19,622 nucleotides of DNA, taken from assembly GCA_964584455.1 (NCBI GenBank), contig CAZPAE010000003.1, positions 1-19,622 on the forward strand. Reading direction: 5' to 3'. Both the position numbers and the translations under genes were made by a program. This document shows, one piece after another, positions 16,578-19,622 of this stretch. The DNA comes from an uncultured Thioalkalispiraceae bacterium. GTDB taxonomy: Bacteria > Pseudomonadota > Gammaproteobacteria > UBA6429 > Thiohalophilaceae. Within the stretch, counting starts at the first letter, position 1; the number at the start of each line of letters is the position of its first letter. The notes under the pieces are model-generated. The model made no database searches and had not been told where the DNA came from. It worked only from the letters and a program-made list of their open reading frames with translations.

Positions 16578-18053
16578 ATGATAGTGACAGAACAGGAATT
16601 TCAGGCGCTTGCAAAGCAGGGTTATACGGCTATTCCTATCTTGCGAGAAGTATTAGCAGATTTGGATACGCCGTTAAGTACCTACCTTAAATTGGCCAAT
16701 GGGCCTTACTCTTATTTATTTGAATCAGTACATGGTGGTGAGAAATGGGGGCGATACTCCATTATTGGCTTGCCTTGCCAACGTATTATTCGTGTCTATG
16801 GTCAAACGGTCAAAGTATATGACAATAATCAATTGGTTGAAGAACATGAGGTTGATGATCCATTGGCATGGATCGAAAATTTACAAGCGAGCTATAAACA
16901 TCCTGAGATACCGGACATGCCGAAGTTTACAGGTGGCTTGGTTGGCTACTTTGGCTATGATTGTATTCGATACATTGAGTCGCGTTTAGCCGGTAAACAA
17001 AAAGACGATCCATTACAGTTGCCGGATATCTTATTAATGGTATCAGAGCAGGTAATTGTCTTTGATAACCTAAGTGGCAAGCTCTATATCATTATTCACG
17101 CCGATCCTAAACAAGCCAATGCCTTTGCCGAGGCACATACACAAATTGATCAGCTCATTGAGCAAATGCGTGGGGAAACGCCGAGTCATGTTAACCAGCA
17201 GCGTCGTGATGTAAAAGAAACTGACTTTGTTTCTGGTTTTGAGTCCGCGGTTGATAAGATTAAACAGTATATTATCGATGGCGATGTGATGCAGGTTGTG
17301 GTGTCACAGCGTTTGTCAGTGCCGTTTCATTCTCGGCCGTTAGACTTGTATCGTGCCTTGCGTAGTCTTAACCCGTCACCTTATATGTATTATTTGGATC
17401 TAGATGATTTCTATGTTGTAGGTTCATCACCAGAAATATTGGTACGTTTTGAAGATGGCATTGTCACTGTCCGGCCCATTGCCGGTACTAGACCTCGCGG
17501 CAAAACAGAGCAAGAAGATAAAGCACTGGAAGCAGATTTATTAGCCGATCCTAAAGAGTTAGCTGAGCACTTAATGTTAATCGACTTGGGGCGTAATGAT
17601 GTGGGGCGTATTGCAAAGACGGGCAGTGTTGAGTTAACCCATAAAATGTTGATTGAACGTTATTCCCATGTCATGCATATCGTGTCTAATGTGACGGGGC
17701 AAATCAAAGAGAACATGAGTGCCATGGATGTATTAAGGGCGACTTTTCCTGCAGGGACCCTATCCGGTGCACCCAAGATTCGAGCCATGGAAATTATTGA
17801 TGAACTTGAGCCGGTCAAGCGGGGTGTGTATTCCGGCGCCGTAGGATACCTAGGTTGGTCTGGCAATATGGACACCGCCATTGCGATACGTACTGCGGTG
17901 ATTAAAGATCAAACCTTACATATACAGGCTGGTGCAGGTATTGTTTACGACTCTGTGCCACGTAGTGAATGGGATGAGACCATGAATAAAGGGCGTGCAG
18001 TATTTAGAGCAGTTGCCATGGCCGAACAAGGTCTTGATGGTGCACATAAATGA
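16578..18053 (+). CDS. trpE: Anthranilate synthase component I.
   Basis: Family-typical N-terminus (…[26 protein letters not shown]…). Chorismate-binding core with IAGTRPRG and GYFGYD motifs. Followed by trpG. Confidence 0.95.
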   Translation: MIVTEQEFQALAKQGYTAIPILREVLADLDTPLSTYLKLANGPYSYLFESVHGGEKWGRYSIIGLPCQRIIRVYGQTVKVYDNNQLVEEHEVDDPLAWIENLQASYKHPEIPDMPKFTGGLVGYFGYDCIRYIESRLAGKQKDDPLQLPDILLMVSEQVIVFDNLSGKLYIIIHADPKQANAFAEAHTQIDQLIEQMRGETPSHVNQQRRDVKETDFVSGFESAVDKIKQYIIDGDVMQVVVSQRLSVPFHSRPLDLYRALRSLNPSPYMYYLDLDDFYVVGSSPEILVRFEDGIVTVRPIAGTRPRGKTEQEDKALEADLLADPKELAEHLMLIDLGRNDVGRIAKTGSVELTHKMLIERYSHVMHIVSNVTGQIKENMSAMDVLRATFPAGTLSGAPKIRAMEIIDELEPVKRGVYSGAVGYLGWSGNMDTAIAIRTAVIKDQTLHIQAGAGIVYDSVPRSEWDETMNKGRAVFRAVAMAEQGLDGAHK

Positions 18054-18073
18054 TCAATGTATGAGGATGTGTC

Positions 18074-18658
18074 ATGCTGTTGATGATAGATAATTATGAT
18101 TCGTTTACCTATAACCTAGTGCAATACCTCGGTGAGTTAGGTGCGGATGTGGTCGTGCATCGTAATGATCAAATTACCCTTGAGCAAATTGAACAATTAG
18201 ATCCAAAGTATATTGTGATATCCCCAGGGCCATGCACACCCAATGAGGCCGGTATTTCATTGTCGGCGATCCAACATTTTGCCGGTAAGAAGCCCATACT
18301 CGGTGTTTGTTTAGGGCATCAAAGTATTGGTCAGGCGTTTGGCGGTAAAGTGGTACATGCAAAGTCGATTATGCATGGCAAAACCTCAATGATGTGGCAT
18401 AACGACGTGGGTGTATTCAAAGGCATGAGTAATCCCTTTGAGGCAACCCGTTACCATTCACTGGTGGTAGAAAAAGAGAGCTTACCAGAGTGTCTCGAAG
18501 TAACGGCATGGACACAACACGACAATGGCGACATCGATGAGATTATGGGCTTGCGGCATAAGACACTCGCTATTGAGGGTATGCAGTTTCATCCCGAGTC
18601 TATTTTGACAACGGTGGGGCATGATTTATTAAAAAACTTCCTAGAAACATACCAATAA
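18074..18658 (+). CDS. trpG: Anthranilate synthase component II (class-I glutamine amidotransferase).
   Basis: GVCLGHQ catalytic-Cys motif and HPES near the C-terminus. GAGGA Shine-Dalgarno. Confidence 0.95.
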   Translation: MLLMIDNYDSFTYNLVQYLGELGADVVVHRNDQITLEQIEQLDPKYIVISPGPCTPNEAGISLSAIQHFAGKKPILGVCLGHQSIGQAFGGKVVHAKSIMHGKTSMMWHNDVGVFKGMSNPFEATRYHSLVVEKESLPECLEVTAWTQHDNGDIDEIMGLRHKTLAIEGMQFHPESILTTVGHDLLKNFLETYQ

Positions 18659-18675
18659 TAGAATAAGGAAACCGC

Positions 18676-19622
18676 ATGGACATACAAGCAGCATTACGTC
18701 TTTTATTAGAAGGTAAGCACCTAAGCCATGAGCAAATGGTGGTTGTGATGCGGTTGATTATGACCGGTGAAGCAACACCTGCGCAAATTGGTGGTTTTCT
18801 GGTGGCATTACGTATCAAAGGTGAAACCATTGATGAGATTGCGGCTGCCGCACAAGTGATGCGTGAGTTAGCAACCGGTGTTAAAGTAACTGGCGAACAT
18901 GTGGTTGATATCGTCGGTACAGGCGGAGATAGTCTCTCCACTTTCAATATTTCTACCGCCAGTTGTTTTGTAGTAGCGGCAGCCGGTGGCAAAGTGGCAA
19001 AACACGGTAATCGTTCTATTACCAGCAGTTCAGGTAGTGCGGATTTATTAGAAGCAGCCGGTGTTAATTTAAATATTAATGCTGAACAAGTCGCACAATG
19101 TGTAGAGCAAGTGGGTGTCGGGTTTATGTTTGCACCATTGCATCATAGCGCCATGAAACATGCCATTGGGCCACGTAAAGAAATGGGTGTGCGGACTATT
19201 TTCAATGTCCTCGGGCCATTAACCAATCCTGCCGGTGTTAAAAACTTTTTACTAGGTGTTTTTTCTAAAGACCTGGTTTTACCCTTAGCCGAAGTATTAC
19301 ATAAGCTAGGGAGTGAGCATGTGATGGTAGTACATTCTGATGATGGTATGGATGAAATCAGCATTGGGGCCACAACCCATGTGGCAGAATTAAAACAAGG
19401 TGAAATCAAAACCTATACCATTTCACCCAATGATTTTGGTTTGCAAAAAGCGGATATTAAGCAACTTGTTGTCAATGATGCACAAGAATCCCTCGACATG
19501 ATCAAATCAGTCTTTAATGGCGAAGCTGGGCCTGCACGTGATATTGTCACTTTGAATGCCGGTGCCGCCATTTATGTTGCTGGATTAGCGAAGTCACATG
19601 CCGAAGGTATTGAACAAGCACA
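18676..19622 (+). CDS. trpD: Anthranilate phosphoribosyltransferase, 5' portion. The gene continues beyond the window.
   Basis: The frame is open from ATG 18676 (AAGGA Shine-Dalgarno) to the window edge. Translation [17 protein letters not shown]...[15 protein letters not shown]...KHGNRS matches TrpD. It is absent from the ORF track because no stop falls within the window. Confidence 0.9.
   Translation, partial: MDIQAALRLLLEGKHLSHEQMVVVMRLIMTGEATPAQIGGFLVALRIKGETIDEIAAAAQVMRELATGVKVTGEHVVDIVGTGGDSLSTFNISTASCFVVAAAGGKVAKHGNRSITSSSGSADLLEAAGVNLNINAEQVAQCVEQVGVGFMFAPLHHSAMKHAIGPRKEMGVRTIFNVLGPLTNPAGVKNFLLGVFSKDLVLPLAEVLHKLGSEHVMVVHSDDGMDEISIGATTHVAELKQGEIKTYTISPNDFGLQKADIKQLVVNDAQESLDMIKSVFNGEAGPARDIVTLNAGAAIYVAGLAKSHAEGIEQA

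Noticed and set aside
16699-16989. 96-aa ORF inside trpE
   Set aside because: An alternative frame within a near-certain trpE coding region.
17660-18992. Minus-strand ORFs overlapping trpE, trpG and trpD
   Set aside because: They are antisense to conserved biosynthetic genes and have no support.
1-19622. CRISPR arrays, rRNA/tRNA genes, phage or defence-system genes
   Set aside because: None were detected on reading both strands. No regularly spaced repeats, no nuclease, ATPase or recombinase genes.

Overview
The window comes from an AT-rich gammaproteobacterial chromosome and splits into three blocks.

1. Copper/silver efflux module (1-7115): the 3' end of cusB, a complete cusA RND pump, a convergent HDOD-domain signalling gene, and a divergently transcribed Cu(I) P1B-type ATPase copA. 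A 23-codon hydrophobic mini-ORF below the ORF-track threshold overlaps the copA stop and is translationally coupled to it.

2. Minus-strand block (8092-14893), after djlA (plus strand, 7286-8095), which converges on it and overlaps its stop. It contains an alpha/beta hydrolase, a small HemJ/CopD-superfamily membrane protein, a YqiK/flotillin-like SPFH protein, and then the most unusual structure in the window. That structure is a signal-peptide protein whose C-terminal third is the front part of a DUF1111 di-heme domain (first CXXCH). It stops 1 nt before a YeiH/UPF0324 membrane-protein gene. That gene reads without a stop into the missing C-terminal part of the DUF1111 domain (second CXXCH through the ...HGGEA...FLNSL tail). 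A 7-bp direct repeat (GTAATGA, plus strand) sits at both discontinuity points. Removing the ~1.13 kb between the repeats restores a single in-frame DUF1111 reading frame. The yeiH-like gene therefore looks like a nested insertion that splits a heme-protein gene, or a very unusual fusion.

3. Core block (15060-19622): rpe-gph-trpE-trpG-trpD (trpD runs off the window), a gene order typical of many gammaproteobacteria.

No rRNA, tRNA, CRISPR array, transposase or integrase is visible. One ORF-track entry (3667..4524) is labelled '+' but encodes its protein on the minus strand.
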